Shown piece by piece: positions 40,018 to 50,975 of a stretch of DNA of 64,000 nucleotides. This DNA is from Octopus sinensis (lineage: Eukaryota): NCBI RefSeq assembly GCF_006345805.1, contig NC_043014.1:28458001-28522000 (forward strand), in the 5' to 3' direction. The notes below the pieces were generated by a model. That model was given only the letters and a program-made list of their open reading frames with translations, searched no databases and was not told where the DNA came from. Both the position numbers and the translations under genes were made by a program. Position 1 is the stretch's first letter; every line of letters starts with the position of its first letter.

Positions 40018-40200
40018 AAGGCGCATGGCTTAGTGGTTAGAGTGTTGAATTCATGATCGCAAGATTGTAATTTCGATTCCTAACCCGGGCGATGTGTTGT
40101 GTTCTTGTGTAAAACAACCTCATTTCACGTTGTTCCACTTCACTTAGTTGTCAAAAATGAAAGACATGAGTAATCCTGCGACGGACCGTCATCTCGACCA
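40018..40200 (+). mobile_element. SINE family C
   Basis: GAAGGCGCATGGCTTAGTGGTTAGAGTG...TTTCGATTCC...ATTTCACGTTG. Confidence 0.8.
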
Positions 40201-40809
40201 AGGATCAGGGAATATATACACCACAGGATCAGGGAAACCAGACTTATTAAGCTTATGACACGAGAAGGACTGTTGATCCCTTTTGAGACAGACTTATAGT
40301 TAGACATTCTTCAAAGTTTTTGGTTTCGAAGCCTTTTCCATCAAAAGGGAGATGATGGGTACTACTGTCTCATCTGTCAGCAATTGTTATTGTTATTATT
40401 ATTTGGAATAAATTTTAACGCTGTTATACACTCTCCGATCTCCGAATACTTTCACAGTTGTCTTTTCATCTTTTGACATTTATATAAATGTATATTCTTG
40501 TAATTAGAGCGTTGGGATCACGATGGTAAGGTTGTGGGTTCAATTTCTTGGGCTGGCGTCACGCTGAGTTCTTGAACAGAGCGCTTCCCTTCACGTGAAA
40601 CCTATCCAACTGAAGAGTTCTTATGATCCTAGTGCTAGTACAGACCTCTTTACCTCCAGCTGTCGCATCCTTCGTGTTCTGCGTTTACTCAAGTACCCCA
40701 AACAATTAATGAAAGCATGGCACATGGCATATATGTACACACACACACACGCACACAAACACACAGACACACATATACGCACACACACATATACATACAT
40801 ATATGCAAA

Positions 40810-40950
40810 TCGGTGACCAACAGCGACTTCAAGAATAAAAGCAAAAAACATAACCAATGAACATATTAGTTGGACGCTCTTTGAAAGTCCGGATGGAAAA
40901 TTAAAAGTAAACATGACGTTTCGAGCATGGTTTTTCATCGGATAGCAGAA
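40810..40950 (-). mobile_element. Penelope-like tail with a degenerate minimal hammerhead
   Basis: Minus strand CCGATGAAAAACCATGCTCGAAACGTCATG...GAGCGTCCAACTAATATG, homologous to 2960-3138. Confidence 0.55.
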
Positions 40951-40964
40951 TATATATATCTTTA

Positions 40965-41235
40965 CACGCTAGAAGAAGCAGTCAAAATGACCAAAACCAC
41001 ATTTGAGAGCAATTTTCGAAGGGAATAAAAAATGAAAACTTTTATGTTGTTATTTTTTTTTTACGGTTATACCTAGGTTTCAGATTTCTTTAGCAAATAA
41101 AATAATTTGCTAGGCGAATCCTCATCAGTAACCGTGCCTTAACAACTAACATATAATTTAGAGACAATTTTTCATTCCCTTCGAAAATTGTTCTTAAATG
41201 TGGTTTTGGTCGTTTTGACTGCTTCTTCTAGCGTG
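40965..41235. mobile_element. MITE-like element with 69-bp TIRs
   Basis: 40965-41033 versus 41167-41235 are reverse complements with 4 mismatches by hand alignment; ends TA|CACGCTAG...CTAGCGTG|TA. Confidence 0.88.
41046..41146 (-). ncRNA. Type I hammerhead ribozyme
   Basis: Minus strand: GUUGUUA AGGC ACGGUUA CUGAUGA G GAUU CGCC UAGCAAAU UAUUUU AUUUGCUA AAGA AAUC U GAAAC CUAG GUA UAACCGU A10 UAACAAC. Intact core, 7-bp stem I plus 7-bp distal stem I, two-part stem II, palindromic stem III (ACCUAGGU), GUA cleavage triplet. Confidence 0.8.
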
Positions 41236-41785
41236 TAAAAATTACCAGTAAAAGGTAGTTTTCTCTTGTATTTAAATGTACACTATTTTATATTGAGAAT
41301 ATGTTGTCTATTGACTTTTTATAGATGCTACGCCACTGTTGGTGAAATTTCTAAGAATATTCGCAGCCCTATATATATCTTATATATATACATATATGTA
41401 TGTATGTATGTATGCATTATGTATGTATGTATGTATGTATGTATGTATGTATGTATGTATGTATGTATGTATGCATTATGTATGTATGTATGTATGTATG
41501 TATGTATGTATGTATGTATGTATGTATGTATGTATGTATGTGTGTGTGTGTGTATTAATTACGCACATATTCTCTCACGCATGCATATTGTATATATTAA
41601 CGACGGGCTTCTTTTAGTTTCCGTCTATGAAATCCACTCACAAAGTTTTGATCGGCCTGGAACTATAGCTGAAGTCACCCGCCCGAGGTGCCACGTAGTG
41701 AGACTGATCCCCAAACCATGTAACAAGGAAGCAAATTCCTTATCACACACAGCTACGCCTGGGCATATAAAATAAAAAGAACATA

Positions 41786-41878
41786 TGCCCGCTGTGGGAC
41801 TCGAACCCGCGAGCTTCAGCTTACCTCTGAACTTAACAGAAAATTCTGAGCACGTAACCGACTGAGTCGTGGCTAGAC
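41786..41878 (-). tRNA. tRNA-Lys(TTT)-like pseudogene with an intron-like insert
   Basis: CTCAGTCGGT A box, TCAGA/GCTGA anticodon stem around TTT plus about 17 extra nt, GGGTTCGAGTCCC T arm, T5 run about 8 nt downstream; acceptor stem poorly paired. Confidence 0.45.
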
Positions 41879-42398
41879 AGTGCTAGTGAGGTTGTTCAAC
41901 TGATAAGTTTACTCATACACACTCACAAATGCACACACAAACACACACACACATACATACAAAGAGAGAGAGAGATGTGAAGAAAGAGAGAGGGAGGGAG
42001 AGAGCGAGAGCGAGTAAGAGAACGAGAGAGAGAGAGAGAGAGTGAAAGACAGACAGACGGATAAACAGACAGGCTGTGTAAGAAAAAACAAATCCCCGAA
42101 TTTTAATATCTTCTACAGCCTACACGCCGAATATTACATCATATTGTCTTTCCTAATATTAACGTTGAAGTCATTATGTAAAGCCGCTTGCTGTTTCGCT
42201 GTTCTCGACAGCTGTGTGTAAGTGTGTGCGCGTGGTAGTTTGAAAGTTAATTTTTGTGAGAGGCTGGGTACGCCACTTTATTTCGATATATCACTGCACT
42301 GCATAAGTATGATTAAAAATACGAGCGATTTTCATTGTATTTTATGTTTATTTCTGACGGAACACGTATGCGTACGTGTACTTACGTGTATGTGAGCG

Positions 42399-42429
<31 letters not shown>

Positions 42430-42477
42430 GTATATCTGTGTGTATGGATGGATGCTTGTATGTCTGTGTATATCTAT

Positions 42478-42885
42478 ATATTCTTTTATTCTTTTACATG
42501 TATCCGCCATTTGGCTGCGGCCAAACTGGAGCACCATCTTGAAGTGGTTTTAGTCGAGCAAATCGACTCCGAGACTTATTCTATGTGAACCTAGTACTGA
42601 TTCTATCGGTCACTTTTGTCGAACCGGTAGGCTACAGGGAGGTAAATACATTAACACCAGTTGTCAAGCGGTGATGAGGGGAGGGACAAACACAGATACA
42701 AAAACACACATATATATATATGTGTCTATATACGACGGGCTTCTTTTCAGTTTCCGTCTACCAAATCTACTCACAGGGCTTTGGTCAGCCCGAGGCTATA
42801 GTAGAAGACTAGATGCTACGCAGTGGTACCGAACCTAGAGCTTTGTGGTTGGGAAGCTAGCTTCTTACCACATAGCCACGCCTGA
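42478..42885 (-). mobile_element. SINE family A
   Basis: Degenerate near-full-length copy. Confidence 0.85.
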
Positions 42886-42888
42886 GAC

Positions 42889-42979
<91 letters not shown>

Positions 42980-43363
42980 ATTCTTATATGAAGAGCATCT
43001 CGTAGCACAGACATAAAGCTCTGAATAATAGCATGTGAGCATGGGATGAAAGACCCTTTTCGGTAGAAAAAAGCGTTTTTTAACCAATATTTAGTCGTTA
43101 TTATTGGGGCTTTGTGTGTTTCTTCAGACAAGAGTTACCTCACATTTTCTAGAAAGTTTATAAAATTCTTATGACATATATAAGATGTGTTTGTATGTGT
43201 GTGTGTATCAATGTGTATGCAATCTGGTGCACGTTTTCCACATTCGCTCGACAACCGCTGATGGTTTGTTTACACCCCCGCAACTTGGCGGTCACGCATA
43301 AAGTGATCGGTAAAATAATTAAAAGAAAAGGCTCTGGGGTGGATTTCTTCAGCTATATTTATT

Positions 43364-43414
<51 letters not shown>

Positions 43415-43461
43415 GAGAGAGAGAGAGATGATAGAGGATAGATAGATAGATAGATAGATAG

Positions 43462-43525
<64 letters not shown>

Positions 43526-43537
43526 CAGTTAGTTAGT

Positions 43538-43585
<48 letters not shown>

Positions 43586-43631
43586 CAGACAGATATACGT
43601 ATGCATACATATATATGTCGGCCTATATACA

Positions 43632-44372
43632 TACAGGGTGCGATGAATAAACTGCCCTCTAAAATACGCAAAAATGAAAACAACACTGACATCTCGTTTT
43701 AACAGATATATTTACCAAAATTATATAAAAATATCTTCAAATACTAAAGAGTAAATTTATTCAGTAAAATCGCCATTGCTTTCAACCACGGCCTCCAGAT
43801 GACTTAGGAATCTCCTGTAAGTCGTCTGGAAGGCCTCCTTGTTTAAGTTGGTGAATGCTTTCATAGTCCTTGCCTTCAGTTCAACCTAGGTGTCACAAGG
43901 AGTTTTGTTGATCTCTCGCTCAACTGCGCCCCACACATAATAATCAAGGCGGTTACAGTGTGGGGTGTTAGGTGACCAGATACTAGGGGTGATGTGGTCT
44001 CAGAAATTGGCTGAGTTTTCATGCTTGTGTGTCATGGTGCAGAGTCCTGTTGCCAGACGTAGGGTCTTCCAGCATCCACCCTCTTGACCCAGGGCAGCAT
44101 TACCTCTTCTAGACACTTGATGTAGGCCTCCGTGTTGAGTGTGATACGTGTGCGAAAATGAACGGAGGCAAAACGTCGCTATCACTAGTGATCACTCTAA
44201 ACACCATGATGTTGACTGCATGCTTGATTTTTATCACTCTCTGTGCATGTCCTCAGATTGACACCCCAAAGATCTGAAATGTTCGTATTAGAGCTTCCGG
44301 CGCGAATGCCATGCAGTACAGCATGTCGTTTCCAAATTTCTGGCAGAGTGAATTGCGTCATGGTGCTGTTTT
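43632..44372 (-). mobile_element. maT/DD37D-like Tc1-mariner element, internally deleted
   Basis: Terminus TACAGGGTGCG at 43632. Minus translation MTQFTLPEIWKRHAVLHGIRAGSSN joined to LNTEAYIKCLEEVMLPWVKRVDAGRPYVWQQDSAP and LDYYVWGAVEREINK. Catalytic spacing not countable because of frameshifts. Confidence 0.75.
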
Positions 44373-44615
44373 TCTCACACATACATACATACACACACAT
44401 ACATACATACATACATAACATGCATACATACATACATACATACATACACATACACACTCACACATACATACACACACACACATACATACATACATACATA
44501 CATACATACATACATAATACATACATACATGCATATGGGGTTGGCTGTATTGCGGGCGGGCGTTAGTGTGGTGTATGTGTGTACCTGTGGATTCACATAC
44601 ACCACACCATGTATG

Positions 44616-44686
<71 letters not shown>

Positions 44687-44691
44687 TATAT

Positions 44692-44722
<31 letters not shown>

Positions 44723-44813
44723 ATATGTATATATGTCTGTAAGTGCGTATGTGTATATACATTCATACATACAAGTAAACACAAGCGTGCACACACATAC
44801 ACATTCACACTCA

Positions 44814-44848
<35 letters not shown>

Positions 44849-44918
44849 ATGTTGTATGTATTATGTATGTATGTATGTATGTATGCATGTATGTATGTAT
44901 GTATGTATGTATTATGTT

Positions 44919-45018
44919 NNNNNNNNNNNNNNNNNNNNNNNNNNNNNNNNNNNNNNNNNNNNNNNNNNNNNNNNNNNNNNNNNNNNNNNNNNNNNNNNNN
45001 NNNNNNNNNNNNNNNNNN
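44919..45018. other. Assembly gap (100 N)
   Basis: Directly visible; true length unknown. Confidence 0.99.
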
Positions 45019-45296
45019 ATATATATATGCACGCGCGTGTGTGTTTACGACTGGTTTCACTTAGTTTCCGTCTGCCAAATCCACTCACTTCTCTTGGCAT
45101 AGGGCTGTACACGAAAACACTTGCTCAAGGTGCCACGTAGAGGTACCGAACACGGATCCATGTAGCTGTGAAGCAAAGTGCTAACCACACAACAACACCT
45201 GTGCTTATGCACACAAACAAACAGACACGCACACACATCCATGAATATATGTATATATGTAAATATATAAATATAAGTTCATATTATTAAGCATAT

Positions 45297-45700
45297 GGCG
45301 CAGGAGTGGCTGTGTTGTAAGTAGCTTGTTTACCAGCCACATGGTTCCGGGTTCAGTCCCACTGCGTGGCACCTTGGGCAAGTGTCTTCTACTATAGCCT
45401 CGGGCCGACCAAAGCCTTGTGAGTGGATTTGGTAGACGGAAACTGAAAGAAGCCTGTCGTATATATGTATATATGTATATAAGTGTGTGTGTTTGTGTGT
45501 CTGTGTTTGTCCCCTAGCATTGCTTGACAACCGATGCTGATGTGTTTATGTCACCGTTACTTAGCGGTTCGGAAAAAGAGACCGATAGAAGTACTGGGCT
45601 TACAAAAAAATAGGTCCCGGGGTCGAGTTGCTCGATTAAAGGCGGTGCTTTAGCATGGCTGCAGTCAAATGACTGAAACAAGTAAAAGAGTAAAAGAGTA
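45297..45700 (+). mobile_element. SINE family A, full length
   Basis: Complete consensus. Confidence 0.92.
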
Positions 45701-45789
45701 TATATAATATAAATGGTACGTTATAAACATATGCATTCTATCACTCACATTTCCATACATACGTTCGTATACAGACACGCTCACACTCA

Positions 45790-45891
<102 letters not shown>

Positions 45892-46228
45892 AGCACCTTT
45901 ATAAACGATACATTTTACTGGACTCACTGATTGGAAACTATATCTCAAAACACAATAGAGAAATATGAAATTATCTGTGAAAATGAATTCGGACAAGACG
46001 GGTGTAGCATCTGCGTGTGTATGACTTGGTGGTGTGTGTTTGTGCCTGTTACACACATATATGTATGTATTTCTGCTTGTACGCGTATATATCTACGCAT
46101 ATATACACATACACACAGAAATATGCACATCATAGAATGTTAGGCAACGCGAAGACATTGAAAGCTGCGCAAAATATACATACATACATACATACATACA
46201 TACATACATACATACATACATACATACA

Positions 46229-47450
46229 GTGCCGATCTCAATATTTGGGATACTTGATTGGTGTGTAGAGGAAATCCACTCCATAGATACGAGAACTGGG
46301 AACTTCCACGAAAAGTGTGATGTTGACAGGCTCTACCTAAGAAGAAATTAAGGTGGTAGAGGCCTGAGATCAGTGCAGACGGCCCTCGAATGCCGTATGG
46401 TATCACTCAGGCAGCAACTGATAAACAGTAGCAACAAAAATAAATATATAAATGCAGTGAGCAACATTGTACGAGTTTGCATTGAGCTCCTCAAGAAGCC
46501 CTCTCTTCTTGATGATCCAAAGCAGCTAGGCTCTATTACCTCAGAGAAGACCTGGATGGAAAGCATTCAGCATACAAAAAAAAAAAAAAGAAAAGAAAAA
46601 TGACTATGTTGTCCGGAAGCTGGAAGAAGACAGTAGAATTGACACGAAGCGCAGCCGCTTTTGGACACAAGACCACTAAATCACACTTTTGAAGACTATG
46701 CATGTGCAATCCAGGAACAGGAGATTGCCATAAAGTACCCGGTGAACAAGAGAGACAGTGATGCTCTTGTGCAACCGCATGTGTAGGCTATGTCATGTTT
46801 CTGTGCAAGACTTCGTGTATGTGATTAGCAGCTGTCTAAAAATGTCGTCATAGTACTACTTCCATATGCGGCACGATGTTGTCGCTAAAACAATTTACAA
46901 TACCATCTGCAAAAATGACTGTTCTGAAATAAACTTAGAAAATCCCTCTGTTATGGAATACATTCATAAACACCAACTCAGGGAATATTAGTGGAATATT
47001 CTCATCAAAACTTCTGTGAAATGTAAGCATAACAAGCCGGATATTGTTGTTTGTGACAGAGGGACAAAGCTATGTGCCGTCACAATGGCCAGCTGCCCTG
47101 CAGATATAAATATCTCTTTGAAACTCAAAGAAAAAGAGAACAACTGCGTCGAAACCTCCAGCTTCTATATCCAGACTATGAATTCGTATTCATAACAAAA
47201 ATAATTGGAGCACTAGGTTTTGTTAGTAAATGCTTAAAGAAGAATCTGGATAAACTAGGATTTTCAGAAAGAGAAACCGACTGGTTAATTCCTATATTAC
47301 AAGTGCAATCTGTGAGTGGATCAGTAAAAATATGCAAGACTTTTCTCAAATTCCAAATGTGAATTTATCTGTGTTAACTACATCCCAAAGATGGGACCTT
47401 GTATCTTTGTTGGAAACTGACTTCTCCTCCGTGGAAGATTTATAATAATA
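46229..47450 (+). mobile_element. R4/Dong-clade LINE, 5'-truncated
   Basis: FHEKCDVDRLYLRRN*GGRGL; CRLCH...VISSCLKMSS*YYFHMRHDVVAK; KHNKPDIVV; LLYPDYEFVFITKIIGALG...ICKTFLKFQM*; short (TAA) tail. Confidence 0.88.
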
Positions 47451-47893
47451 AAGAAATAGAAGAGACATTCACATCGTGACAGCTTTCTCGTATACGATCG
47501 AAGCCATTGTTAGAAAGAGTCATTGAAATGCAATGTGAGGCCCTTATATAACTCTTACGCCCCTCCAAAGGTTTCCAGATTTTATTACGTAATGCACAAC
47601 TGAGCTGGCTGACAGAAGGAAGCGGTCTCACGGATTGAAGTCATTTGACATGTCGTTTTAATCCTCTAACCGAACGGCACACCGTTTATATTTATATTTT
47701 ATATTTATACATATATATAATTCCTTTTACATCCCCATGATGTTTTATATTTTTTTTTTTATTTTATATATTAAGAAATGTTATATCTTATATATTTATG
47801 TATGTCTGTGTGTCTTTGTTTGTGTGTATGTGTGTGTATAAGTATATAAGGGGTAGATGGAACTCCTATGTTTAACATGCACACATACATACA

Positions 47894-48032
47894 TACTAAC
47901 GGGTGCTGAAAAGTTCCTGGCGTTGTCTAAAAGAAAATACAGGCGCATCAGTTAATTACGATTTTAATCAACATACTCCCCTCTCCCATTCACACAAATT
48001 TTGCAGCGGTCCTTCAGTTTTTCTAAGCCGTG
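47894..48032 (-). mobile_element. Mariner 3' terminal fragment
   Basis: GGGTGCTGAAAAGTTCC TIR-like end; minus strand encodes GEYVD*. Confidence 0.6.
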
Positions 48033-48584
48033 TACATAGATGAATAACGGACTCTCCCGTCGTTAGACGATATATGAGGGTTCAGCAATTTCCGAACAAG
48101 TGTACACAGCCATACAATATCCGAATAACCACACAAATGATTTCTTTATAGCGATAATATGTTTGAGTTCACATAAGCTCACCCGCCTCAAAATGACATG
48201 GCCAGCACGGTGCGCCACATGTCAGATGACGAAATAATATATATAAATATATATCTATATATCTATATAATCGATTAAAGAACAGAAGATGGATGTATTA
48301 TTAAAGACTAACACCAAATCCGTCTTCTGTTTCCTTAATCGATTACTATCTCAACTAACACTGCAGATGACATTGGGTAGCCCAAACCATGACAGTGCTT
48401 TACTCAACACATCACCACACTAATTGACATACTTATTAGCACGAAATATTACACACACACATACACATACGTAGACAATGTATACATGTATGTATGTATG
48501 TATGTGTATGTATGTATGCATGTATGTATTTATGTGTATGAGTATGTATGTATGTATATATATATAATATATATATATATATAT

Positions 48585-48628
<44 letters not shown>

Positions 48629-48639
48629 TTAATTGATAA

Positions 48640-48860
48640 AAAAACGGAGAAAAAGACACCAACGAAACAAAAACAACACGAGGACGTGGTACATGCAAAG
48701 TATTCATATGACACTCAGAGAAAGAAACAAACAAAGGAAGGTTGTTTTACGTTTCGAGCAAACCTCTTCTTCAGAAACAGGAGACAAAGAAACACCAATA
48801 GAAAAGGAAGATGGAAGAAAAAATCACTAACAATCCACATGTATTTACATTCTGGAATAT
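48640..48860 (-). mobile_element. Penelope-like element 3' tail
   Basis: Homologous to 1290-1500 in reverse orientation; contains the hammerhead listed next. Confidence 0.6.
48743..48779 (-). ncRNA. Minimal type I hammerhead (PLE variant)
   Basis: UGUUU CUGAAGA A GAG GUUUG CUC GAAAC GUA AAACA: 5-bp stem I, 3-bp stem II, palindromic ACGU stem III, one-nt insertion after A9. Confidence 0.6.
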
Positions 48861-48947
48861 AAGTGTATATATATATATATATATATGGATTAGCGAAACA
48901 ATTATCAGAACGTATGAAAATATCCTTTTGTTTATCTTAATTATAAA

Positions 48948-49700
48948 CACACAAATGTCTTTTTTGTCTGGTGCCTGAAATATTTTAACGAATTCTTAAG
49001 TGATTTTGCCTGCTAAATTCAAAAGTAACTTCAGTTTGTCTCTATCAGGTCTAGTTTTCTGGCTAGACCTGATACAGTAAGTAGTTTATTCATACAAGAG
49101 GTATATAATATGAATCAATAAAGAGAGCGTAACAAAAAACAAAATACAAATAAAAATTCAAAATTGAAAATGCACATTTGCAAAGATTTTTGTCAGAAAA
49201 TTCAAGGAATAAATTTTAGGCTTCTTTGTGCACCGTGAATGTTGAGCAACAGGAGTATCTCGTTTTAAACACAAGCAATGATCTGCCTTCATCACAGCGT
49301 CCCAACGTCCTTGGTACCGAATTTCCCTCTCTTTGATATCCTGATGGAATCGTTCGCCTTGCTCATCGCATACATCGAGATTTTCAGGAAAACGATCAAG
49401 ACGACTAAAAAGATAGCGCATTTTGATCCTCATATTCGCGCCAGTATCACGAAAAGTTGATATCAAGTTGGTAACAAGGTTTTAATAGTTTTCACTTTTG
49501 TGTTTTACAAGGAAATTTTACTCTACTTCTGCAAAGGCTAGCCAAGCTGATGCTTCATTTTCGCTCATCGCTTTCACGATAATTGGGTCCTTCAAGAGAT
49601 TGCGGATCTGTGGTCCGTCAAAAATCCCTACTTTAAGTTTTTCAATCGTCAAGTCTGGAAATACTCTGCAGATATGTGTAGGGGCGTCTGATTGCTTTTT
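48948..49700 (-). mobile_element. Chapaev3 (CMC) transposon 3' fragment
   Basis: EKLKVGIFDGPQIRNLLKD...GANMRIKMRYLFSRLDRFPENL..DEQGERFHQDI...RYQGRW...LKRD matches the Chapaev3 C-terminus as recalled; terminus begins CAC on the + strand. Confidence 0.75.
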
Positions 49701-49769
49701 GTTCTCCTGTTAATTTCACGCTTTGTGTTGACCGCAACTGGGAGCAGTAGTTTAAGGAGTCCCAATACA

Positions 49770-50370
49770 AGTTCCTTGAAAGGCTCTACTTAGCATCAAT
49801 GTCATCTTAGAAAGAACACCACAAGCTGTGAATGTTTGGCTCCTATCATTTAAAATGTCATGCAGTCACTCCCCCAGTTTTCCGACGAGTCGCAGACTGT
49901 ATGGCTTATGCAATGTCCGGGAGAGCCACCACGAACGGTAGTAGCCCCAATACAGTTTCCTGGAAGACTCCGCTTAGTATTAATGTTATCTTCGTGGCTG
50001 CGAATGTCTGGCTCCTATCTTTTAAAATATCATACAGCCACTCCCCTAGTTTTCCGACGATAAGAAGGAAAATATAGTTTCTGACATATCTTGTAACCAA
50101 CTTTATCAAAGACCTTGGCAAAGTCGAGATATATCACAACCAAATTTAAGTGGTTGAGCTCTTGTTTTAGTATTCATTCCTGATGCTAAAGAAGCTTTGT
50201 AAGGCAGTTCCTTTTTGGAAGGAAGCCATGATTCGTGTTACTGAGCAAATCATTTTCTTCTAGGAACGTGACCAACTTCGTTCTAAGAATGTGTTCCGTG
50301 GCTTTGCTGACAAGTGAGGTAAGAGAGACTGGCCAGTAATCTTTCGCATAAGATCTGCTCTCTCCTTATA
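49770..50370 (-). mobile_element. CR1-like RT fragment with an internal tandem duplication
   Basis: DYWPVSLTSLVSK...NHGF...YLDFAKVFDKV; GKLGEWLYDILKDRSQ...SGVFQETVLG; then a second GKLGE*LHDILNDRSQ...FQGT. Confidence 0.8.
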
Positions 50371-50943
50371 TAGATACATATAACATACATACATAATAGA
50401 TACATACACACATACATACATACATACATACATACATACATACATACACGCATATTTATATTTGCTCATTAATACAGCAGAATACATCTCCATCTTAACG
50501 TTAATTTCACAAAATGGTCAAAAGAAAATTTAGGATCAAATGTATCTCCAGAAGGAGGTGAGGAGCAGTGACATGGCCATCTCTGCTGACCACCAACGGG
50601 AGGGCGTTACAGTTCAGGGTCGAAACACCCGATGAACGTTGGATACCGTCTGTCGATATCAGTTCCTACTAGCCAAGACTCCATTCACTTCGGTGAATGA
50701 ATAAATCACTCCCCTATAGGTATTATTAGCGTACCCCCCACACCCCCACCCGCCCACATACACAATCACACACAGATACGAACACACACACTCACAGTGA
50801 CAGACAGGCAGACAGACTGACAGACAGAGATACACATATATCCCACCAGCTTGGGGAGACAGGGTCCGTTAGGGAGTTGCACAGAATCAGAATCGACTGT
50901 TTTGAGTTATATATATAATATATATATATATATTATATATATA

Positions 50944-50975
<32 letters not shown>

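Noticed and set aside
47450-47640. Minus-strand WKPLEGRKS..., possibly an RTE/L2 C-terminal relic
   Set aside because: Too short and too decayed to assign.
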